Positions 1 to 14,730 of a stretch of DNA of 64,000 nucleotides are shown here, piece after piece; position 1 is the stretch's first letter, and each line of letters starts with the position of its first letter. A program made the translations under genes and the position numbers. The notes under the pieces are model-generated. The model searched no databases, was not told where the DNA came from, and was given only the letters and a program-made list of their open reading frames with translations. This DNA comes from Octopus vulgaris (taxonomy: Eukaryota), in assembly GCA_951406725.2 (NCBI GenBank), contig OX597817.1:10540001-10604000 (forward strand), in the 5' to 3' direction.

Positions 1-89
1 ATTATGAAAGATCTTAATCTATGTATGATCATTTTAAAGTAGACAGTTTTGTATCTTAGAATCAGAGGTTGTTTCAGGTGGGTTAAAAA

Positions 90-290
90 AAAGTTACCTT
101 CTCAAGTCATGCTGACTAATAAGGGCCGGTTTCCCACTTTCCATGGCATATAAATTCTTGTTAGGTGAGTGAACTGGAGCAACGTGAAATGAAGCGTTTT
201 GCTCAAGAATATGTATTACCCAGTCCAGGAATTGAAACCACAATCTTACAATCATGAGTTTAACAACCTAAGCTATATGTCTCTACATTT
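90..290 (-). mobile_element. Degenerate tRNA-derived SINE (family D-like)
   Basis: Reverse complement contains TTCTTGAGCAAAACGCTTCATTTCACGTTGCTCCAGTTCACTCA, matching the body of the SINE at 39951-40290, plus a decayed B-box (GGTTTCAATTCC). Confidence 0.6.
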
Positions 291-972
291 CAGGTGGGTT
301 GGTATCAAAAACTTAGATTAAGGTCAGCCCCCGACATACTATGATTTTTTTCTATAGTCAACTACCACACACTTATATAGCAGCAATCTGTGGTTATTAT
401 TAATGATAGTAGCTACCATTTTTGTTACACACCTCATCATTATCATAATAGTTACTGTTGCTGTTGCTACTGTTCCTGGTTGTGGGTATTGTCTTGCAGT
501 GATACCACTAAGGCTCTTCATATATTGTTTGGGGAACGCTTTCCCCCTTGGTAAGCAACAATAATAGTTATTTGCCAAGCGTGTTGTTTTCCTTCCAACG
601 TTGATATGCCATTTTTAAGAGACATTAAGTGATTGCTTTATTTGGGTAAAACATTGTTTGGTTTCATTCCTTCACCCTTTGAAATATCCAATATAATTAA
701 CAATTGTATAATGCTTTATAACCTACACTTTGGATAATATATCTTGGGGTAGGGAACACAGGTGTTGGCATACATTATCAAAGTGTGGGTAAGCAGCAAA
801 CAAATTACATTTCAGTATTACAATATGACTACTAAATGTTCTACCATTGATTTGGTAGAGATCCTCTTTTACATACATACATGTAAATATATATACATAC
901 ATATATATACATAGATATATGTGTGCGTGAATGCATATCTATACATACTTACATATATATATATACATATAC

Positions 973-1016
<44 letters not shown>

Positions 1017-1184
1017 ATTATTATTATTATAATTATTACAAAGTTGTATAGTAACCCTTAATTCCTTTATATATATATATATAGCCTCAAATAGACCTAC
1101 ACATGTTTTTTTGCATTGATTAGTAACCATTGCAATTGCAACCCTACTATAATACCGGTGCAATTTCTTCAGAGTCTACCTGTC

Positions 1185-1227
<43 letters not shown>

Positions 1228-1441
1228 CACACATATATATATATATGTATACATATATACATGTATATGATATATGTGTGTGCATGTGTATATATATATA
1301 TACATATATATACACATTTGTAAATATGTATGTGTATACATTTATGAATATATATATATATATATATATAAATATATATTACGTTTTGGGATTTGGTTTG
1401 CAAGATTCTTTATGTGAGTTCGTGTGTTGAAGCATATTCTG

Positions 1442-1701
1442 TTGTGTCTGGGGAGAGTCATTTTCTTTTTGTGCCTTATAATTTAAGTCACTCACTCATA
1501 AAATGTCCACTTATTTCTTTTTTTTATTTTCCTAAAATTTTCGTTGCGTCTTGAAACTTTTTCAATAGTTTTGACTCTTGAAAAGGTTGCAAGATGCAAC
1601 GAAAAGTTTAGGAAAATAAAAATAAGAAATAAGTGGAAATTTTACCAGTGAGTGTGTTAAATTATAAGGCACAAAAAGAAAATGACTCTCCCTAGACACA
1701 A
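1442..1701. repeat. ~260-bp imperfect palindrome within (TA)n, carrying a hammerhead-like variant motif
   Basis: TTGTGTCTGGGGAGAGTCATTTTCTTTTTGTGCC (1442) is mirrored by GGCACAAAAAGAAAATGACTCTCCCTAGACACAA (ends 1701); centre ~1570. TTGAAAA-G-GTTGC-AAGAT-GCAAC-GAAA lies at ~1578-1604. Confidence 0.8.
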
Positions 1702-1784
1702 GAGTATGTATATATATATATGTATATGTATATATATATGTAAATATATGTATATATGTATATATATGTATATATATATGTATG

Positions 1785-1852
<68 letters not shown>

Positions 1853-3276
1853 TGTTTGTATGTAACAGAGCCATCTTCAGAACAGTTTCTGTCTAATAAA
1901 ATCTTGAAAGGTTATAAAATCAAAAAGAAGGAATACTGATACGGCAAGCCAAATCTACTAAACTACTTCAGTTGCCAGTTGTAGCAGTTATACTCTGATT
2001 GCATTGCTAATATCCATGGAAAAGACAGAATGGTGTGAGCCTCACAACTTCCTATTTTCTTTTGATCTTTAGAAATCTCGAATTTCATGCCCATGTATGG
2101 AAGTAATATATATTTTTACAGTACTTATGTGAATGATTTCTTTTTATGGTTCTCAGGATGCCAGGAAAAACTGGTGGGTAAGCCGACAAAAACTCTAAAG
2201 AAAGAAAGAAAAGTTGACCCTCACTCAACAAACTCCCTTCAAGAAAATGTCTCATTTTGTTTAGAGAACAAGAATAAGAAATGCTTGCATATTAGACTCA
2301 TAGGCATTAAATGAAAGCAATCAGATTTAGACCACTGTTATGTCATAGCATTATTTGTTGGGGAAGACAACTACACTGGGTAGGACTTATTTACTGGATC
2401 TCTATCTTATATGCAAGATTCAAGGTTAATCTGAAAGGGGCTTTACCCTCCAAATGTTGCTCACTTGTTTCATGCTCTTGCTTGACAAGGCTGGGGTCCC
2501 AGAGACATCATCGTGCATAGAGCTGACAAGTTCCACCATCTCTGGTGACCCTTTCCCAGCTCTTCTACATCCTCCAAGTGTCCATTTTGAAATTATTCCT
2601 TTGTTTGTCTTTGGCTTAGTTATCACCATTATCATTATCACTGGAGATAGCTTTAGGTATTTAAATATCACTTACTGTTATGAGATCTTCTAGTGAAAAA
2701 AAACATATTCAATTAGAAACACATGCATATATATATAAAGCAAACACCAAAACATAGCTATAAGAACATATCTAACTATATACACACACATGTACAAATT
2801 ATGCTTTAAACATAAAACACATATACCTTAATGCATACACACACTAATGGACATGTACATATATACATATAGACACACATATATATGAACACACACACAC
2901 ACACATTTATATATATATATATATTGTGTGTTAGACATAAAGTTATATATACCTCATATACACACAAATGGATTTACATGTATGCATATTTACATAGGGA
3001 TATTAAAGATTATAAGAAGTAAAGAATCGGGTGTACCTCTTATGGCATGGTCCACTCACTGTAATACATACGGAGAAAGAAAGAAAGGAAGAAAGAAAGA
3101 AAGAAAGAAAGAAAGGAAGGAAGAAAGAAAGAAAGAAGGAAAGAAAGAAAGAAAGTGAGAGAGATAATGACGGAAAGAAAAGCTTAAAAAGTGAGAGGGT
3201 GAAAACTTTTTAGCAATTTAAACATTGTTATCATCATCATCAACAACAACAATAGCAACAACAACAATAGCAACAG

Positions 3277-3307
<31 letters not shown>

Positions 3308-3554
3308 AGCAGCAACAACAGACAATCTTAACAACTGTCTCCATGAGATTTTACAAGCTGGTTTGCTTGCTTGTTTGTTTGTTTGTGGCTGGGTGTGTCA
3401 GATGACAGGGTCAAAATATATAAGAAAATGATTATCAGTCAGGAGGAGAACTCAGATCAAAGCGGTCATTTCCGGGGGAAATGGAATACCTGTTGCCACT
3501 GGCAACACAGTAAGATCATAGAAACTGCAATAACAAGAACAACAACATTTAATG

Positions 3555-3613
<59 letters not shown>

Positions 3614-3716
3614 TTCATATGACTCTTTTTGCCACAAGGGTGAATCTTTTTTATTTTTATTTCCCTTTAAGACAGCAAATAATAATAACAATAATATTGA
3701 TAATTATTGTAAAAAT

Positions 3717-3749
<33 letters not shown>

Positions 3750-4617
3750 AATAATGATAAATTCTTGCACTGGCACAAGGCAACACTGATATTTTGCTAA
3801 GTGCCACCGGTATCCTCAGTATCAACAGTATCATCATCATCATCACCATCATTACCATTATTATCATCATCATCATCATCATCATCATCAACATGATCTT
3901 CATCAACTCCATGGCAACATCAACAACATAATTTACAACAACAAGAATGAAGAAAACTGAAAAAAACATTTGGAACAATTTGGAATATTGTCATTTTTTT
4001 TTTTCCTGACTTTTTTTTATGTCAATATATTTATATATTTTTTTTTTTCTTTTTCGGGGTCCTCAGATGTAACTTTTTCATCTATTTATTTACTCATTTC
4101 CTCCTCCTCCTCCTCCTCCTTCTCCTCTTCCTTCTCCTCTTCCTCACCCAATTGCTGCTCCTATGATACTATTACGACTACCACATACCCCATGTGTATG
4201 TGATCTATATTTTTTGCATCATTCGATGTAAGTGATGCAAATAATGCCAACCTGCTTTTTGTAAGAAAGAAATTATAAAATCAAAAAAAAAAAAAAAAAC
4301 AGAAGATATCATTTTAAAAATACTATTACAACTACAAGTACTACTACTACTACTATTACAAAAAATAATATTAATAATACCAATGATATTAATAGAATAA
4401 TAATCTACATGACAATAAAGATAGCCATTCTGTTAATGATAATGTTCAAATATTATGTAATAATAATTGGAGTATCTTCCTTAGACTGTTTATGCCCAGG
4501 ATATACGTATATTCCATGAAGATATTCTCTATACATAGTTTTGATAAAAAGGAAAATTAGTTAAACCTTGAAAAATTAAAATGTTCTGTAATTATACATG
4601 CAGATATATATACATAC

Positions 4618-4732
<115 letters not shown>

Positions 4733-4766
4733 CAAATATAAACTTCAATATGTATATATATATATG

Positions 4767-4806
<40 letters not shown>

Positions 4807-5252
4807 GTACAACATGGCTCTATTGGAAATGAAATGAATTGCATTTTTCCCGCTAGTTTGATTACGAAGCATCCCACGTAAGGTCCACCATACCTAGCAA
4901 TGGTGGAGGGTTCCTACTAGTTAATATGATATAATAAACATATATACACACACTTGAATAAAATGAAACTTTCACATATACACACTGACACATGAAAAAA
5001 TCCTTGGACAGATACACTCACTCACTTCTTCTCTTGTGCATTCACATGCGCATGCTTATGCAAAGATATGTTTATATGCATGTATGTTTGTGTGCATGTA
5101 TGTATGTATGGATGGATGGATGTGTGTGTGTAATGTGTATATGGGTGTATGTGTTTGTATGTTTATATATATATGTATATACATACATACAAATTTCATT
5201 GCATATCTGATTTTGTGTATATTCAGATTTGTAATAAATAATCATTGTTACT

Positions 5253-5310
<58 letters not shown>

Positions 5311-5464
5311 TATATAAATTGGCAGACAGATGTAAAGATTAATTGGTTTTATTTGATGGCTGGCTGTGGATAATATTCTGTTATAAATTACAATTTTTTT
5401 AAATATTTATTTGCTTTGTTATTTTCACAAAGTGATTGACTTGTCCTTTATCATACAAGAAAAA

Positions 5465-5584
5465 GATGAAGAAAAGAAGGATTTACAAGCTTACTTAATT
5501 GAATACATACTGCAGTTTGTATATATATATATAAACTTCAGTATGTTCAATAAAGCAAACTTGTAAATCTGTCTTTTCTTCATC
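5465..5584. repeat. Imperfect palindrome centred on a (TA)n tract
   Basis: GATGAAGAAAAGAAGGATTTACAAG...CATACTGCAGTTT mirrored by AAACTTCAGTATG...CTTGTAAATCTGTCTTTTCTTCATC; CTGATGAGGG follows at ~5622. Confidence 0.7.
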
Positions 5585-5701
5585 ATAAGGTATCAAAATT
5601 GTGATGATTTTTGGTCAATAACTGATGAGGGATGCATATGTCCACACCATATATCTCCTGCTTTTGGTATGGTTTTTCATTGCCCACTTGTGCTACATTT
5701 T

Positions 5702-5768
<67 letters not shown>

Positions 5769-7091
5769 AATGTATCCAATATGGAGCTGGGAAGACCATA
5801 GTTAAAGTAAGTACTCAGTACATGTTGATTAGTGTGGAACTGTTTATTTGTTGCAAAGAGTCCAGTAGAGAAGTCATCTGTTTCACTTATATAAATGCCT
5901 TATATAGTGTGTGTGTGTGTGTATGTGTGTGTGTGTGTCTGTCTGTCTGTGTTTTTGTGTGAGTGCATGTGTGTGTGTGTGTGCTTGCACAGAACTTTGA
6001 GTATGTGGTTGTGTGTACCTGTCCACTACTCATAGCTGGATGCATCTGCAACTTGTGGGAGACAATGAAATTCTTTCGAACGTGAAGGCATTTAACATGA
6101 CCTGGACGTCCGTGTTGTCAAGCTATAGCAGTCATAGTAAGTCAACCTTAAGTCATAGTAACGAAAGTAAATAGATAAATAAATATAAATAAAGAAATAA
6201 ATATATATAAATATATAAAAAATTATATTAAATTAAATAAGTAAACAAAACAATAATACTTGCAATTAATGATGGTACCAACAAAAAGAAAATATATATA
6301 CACGTCCGTCCGTGATTCATATTCTGTTGATACCAGCAACTACCACTACAGCCATTCCACTTATGGTTCCCCACCTTTTTAATATACATTGACAAAAAAA
6401 TGGAACAAAGGCAAAATAAATAAATAAATAATTAAATAGTAAGACCTAGTCTTTTATGTTTCAAACAAATATTTGGTGTTGTTAGGTACAAAAGAAAATA
6501 AAAATGAAAATATCAAAAAATTAATTAAAAAAATATTAAATGTTATGATAATCATTGTTTAAAAAAATATTTTCGTTGCAAAGATTTTAAAATATATAAT
6601 AAAGAATTCTCCTTTGATACTGCCTATGGGTCAAGACTTTTTTTGGAAATCATAACCATTCCAGGTATGTTCATATTACAGTAAAAATCCTCAATCTCCT
6701 CAAGAGAAAAATAAATTTACAGAAAAATATTCATAATGATAATATTAATGATATTGATAATAATATTAATAATAATAAGAACAAGAATAAAATTTAAAAT
6801 AATTATATTGATAATGATAATAATTATATCAATATATATATATATATTTTTATTGATTGACATATAGGCAATGCTACTTTGATGTATTATAATTTATTTT
6901 CCATCACCATCAAAAAAAATATTAAGAAAGAAAATAAAGATAAATATAGCTGACATCTAAGCTAAATATTTATTGAGATATATAAAATATCTTTAGCCTT
7001 ACCTCTGTAAGCCATAACAAATTAGAGAAAATATTGAGATTGTATGCAAATAGCAACTAAATTTTGATATGTAAAAACAATTTTTTTTGTT

Positions 7092-7165
<74 letters not shown>

Positions 7166-9567
7166 CCACTATCATTATTATTTTCCTATCCTGGCAAATG
7201 TTATTTAGAGGGATGTACAGAGGCCAACCAGATAGGTTGAGGGCCAGTGATAGAGTTTATTAAATATAAATTTACAAACTCTCCATGCATCATTAAACGA
7301 TATATTGAATATTGTTTATAATATTGTTTATATTTACAAATTTTTTTTGTTTTTTCTTTTGCCCGCCACACACATACACACAAATTCCTGTACATTTTGA
7401 CATGGGTTTCCATCAGAAACCTACTTACCTACCATTTGTTTTTCTTTTTTATCTAGAGAAAAAAAAAAACCCACTAAAACAAGCAATTGAGTCTCACATA
7501 TAACTAATTACTCTGGTAAGGACAATCCAAAATCCTCAACTATCTGACCCCCACCCCATCCTCCAATCTAAAGATGGCTGCCTAACCCATAAAACCCAAA
7601 TCCGAAAATCTTATTTCAGATAATTACCGAATCATTAAAAAGATAAATCCGGTTGATTTGTTTGTCTATTTGTTTGTTCATATATATATATACATACATT
7701 TGTGTATGTATATATATATATATATCTGTGTGTGTGTGTGTGAGTGTGCATGTGTGTGTGTATACATATATATATATTATATAATATATATATTTTATGT
7801 TTGAAAAGCTTGTTTTTTTTATTTTTCTTCCCCCATCCCCAACCTTCCGCCTGCTATGCCTTGTGGTTGTTACCTTACAGATCCCCTACTACCACCACCA
7901 CCTCCTTGCTCCCCTCTGCTGCACCACTGCACATCCTTCCTTCCTTCCTTTCTTCTACTTTCCCTTCCCACCCTCCTGACTTCCCTCTGTCTCTTTCCCC
8001 TTATTCTCTATTTCTCTCCCTCTCACTCATCCTCTCCTCATTGCTCCCTTACTCTCACTTATTCTTTCAACTTCTTTTCACCATTTCCATCTACAATCTT
8101 CCACTTCTACTTCTTTATGGGTGTGAATGCCACTGACAATCTTTGTCAACTGGAAGATTGCAATAGCTAAAAGACTCCCTTGCAAGTCATTTCAGCTACT
8201 TGTTGGAAACAAACACTCCTTCTTCACCAGCCCTTTTTTTTTTTTCCTCTATCACCCACCCATCTATCCATCCACTGCTCATATTCCTAGAGTTTCACAA
8301 CCTCCCAAATCACTTAACATAGCTAGAAATTTAAACATATTCATTCATACAAAGAATTCTATAAAATCATCGCAATTTTCCCCATAAATATCATTATTGT
8401 TATAACTGTTTGAAATTCTGTCAAAATTTTTTTTAATATATTATTCAATTAAAAACATCCTACAGTTAAGTTTTTCTCTTTTTTCTTTTAATTGTTTTTT
8501 TTTTTTTACTAAACTTGGATTCACGGAAAAAAATTTTCCTGGCAACTCCAAGTTCTATAAACAATTCTGTATCATCAGAAGAATATTTTTGAAATTGTAT
8601 AGTTGTCAATGAAATACCATCATTATTACTGTTATCAACATCATTATTCTTGTTATCATTATTTGAAATTATCTGTCAAATTTTTTTTAAATAATATTCA
8701 GTAAAAAAATTCTACAATTTCAGTTTTGTTTTTTTCCTTATATTTTTCTTGGATTCTTGGAGATTTTCTTCTGGAAACTTTCAAGTTCTTTAAGCAATTC
8801 TGTATTTTTTAAAAATTGTTTTACTACCATTGAAATTCAAAAACTGGACCTCCAAACCTTTACAATCTACCACCACCTCCACCACTACTTGTCTCTGGAA
8901 TTGACAGGTAAATTATAATTCTTTAAGACTCCCATCCCATCAGCTTTTTTTCTTTTCCAGGGGGGACCCTTCCAAACTTCTTTCATATTTATCTTTCACT
9001 GCTACTGCTGCTTAACTTCTCAGGCTTGTCATCAACATTGCTCTCATCACCATCTCAAAAACTTCACTAACCTAACAACCTTACCCCTCTCCCTTCCTGC
9101 CCCTTAATCCCTCTCTATCCATTTCAAATTCTTCCTATCAATCTGTTCACTTGTTTGTCTGTCTGTTTGTCTGTCTAATGTTTGTTTGTTTTTTTGTTAT
9201 ATTTTGTTTTTGTTTTGATTTGTTTTTTTAAATTCCCACTCATGCATCTTTGTGCAGATCCAGCCTAACCTGATTTAACTCAAGTTGACCATGCCATTGT
9301 TCCCCAAATCCTCACCCTATGCATTCTTGCAAACCCTTGTTTGTTTGTTTCTTTGTTTGTTTTTACTATTATTATATTGTTGACAACTCTAAACCTAACC
9401 ACAATTTATAAATTAGTTTCCTCTTCAAAAATCCCCAGTTTTATGTTTCTATTGCTTCTCAAATGATATAGACGCACTGGTTTCTAAATAAAATTCACTA
9501 ATTCTTTCCAAGAAAATTGACTTGTTTTCTTTTTGCATCAATATTACACACAGTTGTTGTTGTTGCT

Positions 9568-9599
<32 letters not shown>

Positions 9600-10204
9600 T
9601 TCTGTTGTTGTTGTTGTTGTTGTTATTGTTGATGTTGTTGATGATGATTAGCATCAATAGGGCAGACATTCAATCAAAGGTAACCATCTGTGATTTTTTT
9701 TTTTTCCTACATGCAGGAAACTCAGTACATGTCCTTATTTTCTTACAGATAGCAGGATGTAATTTCAGAGATTTGGCTGTTATTTCTAGTAAAAACCAAG
9801 CAATCACATAGAAGCTCCTTCATCAGTTCATTTATGCCTGATCATCAGAAGAAATAGAGCATTGGTGAAAAAGAAAATACCTAGAGGTATTTAGTAACAT
9901 CCATTTTATATTAAGAATCCAAATCTCTACCAGATACACTTTGCCTTTCACACCTCTAAGATCACAAAAATAAGTACTGGAACTTGATTGACTATACTCT
10001 AGAATTCAGGTAGTGCCCAAGCATGGCCATAGTCCAATAACTGAAACCAGTAAAAAAATTTTTAAATAAATAATTAACGTTTGTTATGGAACGTTTCCAT
10101 TGTTAGCCATTTTTTGACAGTTTCAGCTACACTTTATATTTATGTACCTGTGTCTGTAAGCACTCCAAATAACCACGTAAGCTACATACTTGTGGTCTTC
10201 TTAT

Positions 10205-10206
<2 letters not shown>

Positions 10207-10237
<31 letters not shown>

Positions 10238-10625
10238 GTTTAACATCCGCTTTCCATGTTAGCATGGGTTGGACGGTTCGACTGGTGTCTGGGAAGCCAG
10301 AAGGCTGCACCAGGCCCAGTCTGATCTGGCAGTGTTTCTACAGCTGGATGCCCTTCCTAACGCCAACCACTCCGTGATTGTAGTGGGTGCTTTTTACGTG
10401 CCACCGGCACAGGTGCCAGACGAGGCTGGCAGACGGCCACGATCGGATGGTGCTTTTTACGTGCCACCGGCACGGAGACCAGCCGAAGCTGGCAACGGCC
10501 ACGGTCGGATGGTGCTTTTTACATGCCACCAGCACGGAAGCCAGTCAGGACGGCGCTGGCTACGGCCACATTCGGATTGTTCTCTTATGTGCCACCGGCA
10601 CTGGTATCATAGCTACAAATTCCAC
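10207..10625 (-). mobile_element. RTE LINE 3' UTR fragment (5'-truncated) with ~62-bp internal tandem repeat and (GAT)n tail
   Basis: Same UTR and tail follow the RTE C-terminal coding remnant at 31910-32440; unit GTGCTTTTTACGTGCCACCGGCAC at 10387, 10450 and (variant) 10512. Confidence 0.8.
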
Positions 10626-10737
10626 TATTTATATATTTGTTTGTTTGTTTGTTTATTTATTTATTGACTTGTTTCAGTCATTGGAGTGCAACCATGCTGG
10701 GGCACCACCTTGAAAGATTTCAAGGCAATGCCCCAGT

Positions 10738-10949
10738 AACTCTTTACTCTTTTACTCTTTTACTTGTTTCAGTCATTTGACTGCGGCCATGCTGGAGCAC
10801 CGCCTTTAGTCGAGCAAATCGACCCCGGGACTTATTCTTTGTAAGCCCAGTACTTATTCTATCGGTCTCTTTTGCCGAACCGCTAAGTGACGGGGATGTA
10901 AACACACCAGCATCGGTTGTCAAGCAATGCTAGGGGGACAAACACACAC

Positions 10950-10988
<39 letters not shown>

Positions 10989-11153
10989 CGACAGGCTTCT
11001 TTCAGTTTCCGTCTACCAAATCCACTCACAAGGCATTGGTCGGCCCGGGGCTATAGCAGAAGACACTTGTCCAAGATGCCACGCAGTGGGACTGAACCCG
11101 GAACCATGTGGTTGGTTAGCAAGCTACTTACCACACAGCCACTCCTGCGCCTA
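10738..11153 (-). mobile_element. tRNA-derived SINE family A (~400 bp, internal (TA)/(TG) tract, (GTAAAAGA)n tail)
   Basis: A-box TGGCTGTGTGG, B-box GGTTCAGTCCC, and a body shared by >12 copies in the window. Confidence 0.9.
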
Positions 11154-11230
11154 TGTAATACGTACTGATGTTGAACAAATCAACACCAGAACGTTCTTTT
11201 TAAAAAAAAAAATGTCTGCTAAACTACAAA

Positions 11231-11648
11231 TAGGCACAGGAGTGGCTGTGTGGTAAGTAGCTTCCTTGAAAATCCCATGGTTCCGAGTTCAGTCCCACTG
11301 CACAACACCTTGGGCAAGTGTCTTCTTCTATAGCCTCGGGCCAACCAAAGCCTTGTGAGTGGATTTGGTAGACGGAAACTGAAAGAAGCTCGTCGTGTAT
11401 ATGTATGTATATATGTATGTGTGTGTTTAAGTTTGTGTGTCTGTGTTTGTTCCCCGAACATCACTTGACAACTGATGCTGGTGTGTTTACATCCCCGTAA
11501 CTTAGCAGTTCGGCAAAAGAAACGGATAGAATAAGTACTAGGCTTACAAAGAATAAGTCCTGGGGTCAATTAGCTCAACTAAAGGTGGTGCTCCAGTATA
11601 GCCACAGTCAAATGACTGAAACAAGTAAAAAAGTAAAATAGTAAAGAG
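11231..11648 (+). mobile_element. SINE family A
   Basis: GGCACAGGAGTGGCTGTGTGGTAAG head through CAAATGACTGAAACAAGTAAAA tail. Confidence 0.9.
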
Positions 11649-11892
11649 CGACTTATTCTTTTGGACTCTTTTGCTGAACTGCTAAGTTGCAGGGACATAA
11701 ACAAACCATCACTGATTGTCAAGCAGCAGATGGGAAGACACAAAGACACACACATGTGCACAAACACCCAACACATGTTCTCTCTCATACACACACCTAC
11801 ACACACATACAATCTCATACACACACACACACACACACACAGAGAATCACACACTCACACTCACACATTCATGCACACACATACACAAACAC

Positions 11893-13340
11893 ATCATCAT
11901 CATCATCATCATTTAATATCCATGTTCCATACTGGCATGAGTTGGATGGTTTAGCCAAAAAACATTAAAAAACGGCGAGATGGCAGAAATGTTAACATAC
12001 AGGGCAAAATGCTTAGCAGTATTTCATCTGCAGTTACGTTCTGAGTTCAAATTCTACCAAGGTCGATTTTTGCCTTTCATCCATTCGGGGTCGATAAATT
12101 AAGTACCAGTTACGCACTGGTGTCGATATAATCAACTTAATCCATTTGTCTGTCCTTTTTTGTCCCCTCTATGTGTAGCCCCTTGTGGGCAGTAAAGAAA
12201 TAAGAAACTGATGTGTCCATGGACTGCATTGAGCTCCTATGTCTGCTTTGGCACAGCTTTTACAGCTGGATGCACTCCTGAATGCCAAACACTTTACAGC
12301 ATAGACTGAATGCTTTTATTATGTCACCTGCACTATTGTGATCACCATGCAGTTCACAGGACTACAAATCCAGGGACAGATTCAGTTTCATGCTGGGAGA
12401 TAAGGAGTTTACTATGAAAGGTGTTAGGAAACAGAGCAGATTCCTGTAGGTGGAGCTGCAAAGCTACTCACATCTAGTAGGGGAAAGGGCAAGTCAGAGG
12501 GAAAGAGAGAACGATCAGCAGGGGCTGCAAGAGACAGATAATAGAGATGAGGTGCCTGGGTGGCCCCCACAAGACACAAAACTGAATAAAAGAGGGTGCA
12601 TGGGTGGTTTGCAAGATTGTATGGGAAGGAGATAGTCTACCAAAGAAATGTACCAGGCTGAAGGACTGAAATAAGAACCATGAGCCTGGAAAGATGGGAG
12701 AAGCAGAAGAGTGGGGGCGGGGTGAAGGTGGTAGGGTTTGTAACAATGATGCATTTTCTGAGCAGGGGAAGGACAAGAGAGAGGTATGACATGGCTGGGG
12801 AGTCTGTAGGAGCTGTGGGAGAGAGGAAGAAGAAGGCATAATAGTGCATGAGGTGAAGTGAAAGTCACTGTAAGGGTTGGATAACCCAAGGCATAACACT
12901 TCCAGGAGATCAAGTCCTTTTGAGAACCTCAATTCACCAGAGATCCCTATCCTTTGTCATCTCCTTTGTCAGGTTCAGGATCTTGTGGTCAGCCTTCACC
13001 ACTTCATCCCATGTCTTCCTAAGTTTCCCTCCCGCACAAGTTCCAGCCACATTAAGTGAATGGAACTCCTTTATTAGGCTCTCCTCATCCATATGCATCA
13101 CATGTCCATACCAGTGCAGTCTTCTTTATTGAGCTCAACAGCTAATTTCTCTTATATTCAGTTTTGCATTCAGCATCTTTGTACTAATTCTTTCATGCAC
13201 ACTCACATTGCACATCCAATGGAGAAAGGTTGCTTCATTTCTTTCCAGTCTTTTTAAATCCTCTTGCATCCCAGACCCTTGTCTCACTACCATGCACAAC
13301 TGTAGTTCTGACACAAACATCATACAATCTTAGAGAAAAG
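11893..13340 (-). mobile_element. Old RTE LINE 3' portion (RT C-terminus, UTR, (GAT)n tail) interrupted by a SINE
   Basis: Minus-strand translation includes LERNEATFLHWMCNV and RLHWYGHVMHM...RKTWDEVVK, typical of the RTE ORF2 C-terminus; tail at 11893-11950. Confidence 0.75.
11970..12205 (+). mobile_element. SINE family B (tRNA head, GCCTTTCATCC..GGGGTCGATAAATTAAGTACC central domain)
   Basis: GGCGAGATGGCAGAAA head, B-box GAGTTCAAATTC, AAAGAAATAAG 3' end. The central domain resembles the Meta/Sauria-SINE core (from memory). Confidence 0.85.
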
Positions 13341-13360
13341 ATCTGATTTTGGCATGGTTT

Positions 13361-13775
13361 CTTATTTCTTTATTGCCCACAAGGTGCTAAACATAGAGGG
13401 GTCAAACAAAGACAGACAAAGGGATTAATTTGATTACATAGACCCCAGTGTGTAACTAGTACTTAATTTATCGACCCCCGAAAGGATGAAAGGCAAAGTC
13501 AACCTCGACGGAATTTGAACTCAGAACATAACAGCAGACGAAATATCTATTTCTTTATAACCCACAAAGGGCTAAACATAGGGGGGACAAACAAGAACAA
13601 AGGTATTAAGTCGATTACATCGACCCCAGTGTGTAACTGGTACTTATTTAATCGATTCCGAAAGGATGAAAGGCAAAGTCGACCTCGGCAGAATTTGAAC
13701 TCAGAACGTAACGGCAGACAAAATACTGCTAAGCATTTCGCCCAGCGTGCTAACGTTTCTGCCAGCTCGCTGCCT
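13361..13775 (-). mobile_element. SINE family B tandem dimer
   Basis: Full copy ~13547-13775 followed by a 5'-truncated copy ~13361-13546, joined near the internal ATTTCGTCTG site. Confidence 0.85.
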
Positions 13776-14150
13776 TTTGATTTTGGCATGGTTTCTATGG
13801 TCAGATGCCCTTCCTAACACCTGGCATGGATGCTTTTATGAATCACCAGCACAGGTGCTTATACGTGTCACCACCACAAATGCTGTTACAAGTCACCAGC
13901 ACCAGATACAGCTACGATTTCATGTGGTTTGATGAGTCTTCTCAAGCACAGCAAATCACCAAAGGTCATGATCACTTGTCATATATATATATATATATAT
14001 ATCTTACCATTTAGCATCTGCTTTCCATGTTGGCACGGATTAAACAGTTTGACAGGAACTGGTAAGCCAGAGAGCTGTGTAAGGGGCCAGTATGATTTGG
14101 GCTTGGTTTCTATGGCTTGATGCCCTTCCTAGTATATGAGGGCACATAAT

Positions 14151-14383
14151 CTATTTCTTTACTACTCACAAGGGGTTAAACACAGAAAGGACAAACAAGG
14201 ACAGACAAATGGATTAAGTCGATTACATCGACCCCAGTGCGTAACTGGTACTTAATTTATCGACCGCGAAAGGATGAAAGGCAAAGTTAACCTCAGAGGA
14301 ATTTGAACTCAGAACGTAACGGCAGACAAAATACTGCTAAGCATTTCGCCCAGCATGCTAACGATTCTGCCAGCTCGCTGCCT
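14151..14383 (-). mobile_element. SINE family B with 16-bp TSD
   Basis: TATGAGGGCACATAAT duplicated at 14135-14150 and 14384-14399. Confidence 0.9.
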
Positions 14384-14685
14384 TATGAGGGCACATAATG
14401 TAATAGTTAGGGGTGTTACACTCATGATTCCAAGACCATGGTTTCGATTCCTAGACCAGGTGATGCATTGTGTTCTTGAGCAAGACACTTCATCTCACAT
14501 TGCTCTGTGATCACTTCAAAGCTGACACATGGTACACCATGCACCTGTTTAGGCAACAGTGATTCGATGGAGAGAGAGAGAGAGTGCTAATGTACAGCAT
14601 GTAAAGCACATTTGATAACTATAAGCAAATCATCTGTGCAGGTGATTTGCCAAAAGCTAAACACTCATATATCATCTTCAACAGC

Positions 14686-14729
<44 letters not shown>

Positions 14730-14730
14730 C

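Noticed and set aside
339-870. Possible very old PLE coding remnant on the minus strand
   Set aside because: Only vague similarity; no motif could be read with confidence.
2426-2693. Overlapping 79-81 aa ORFs in complex sequence
   Set aside because: No recognisable domain, and all frames downstream of the minus-strand acceptor-like site hit stops quickly.
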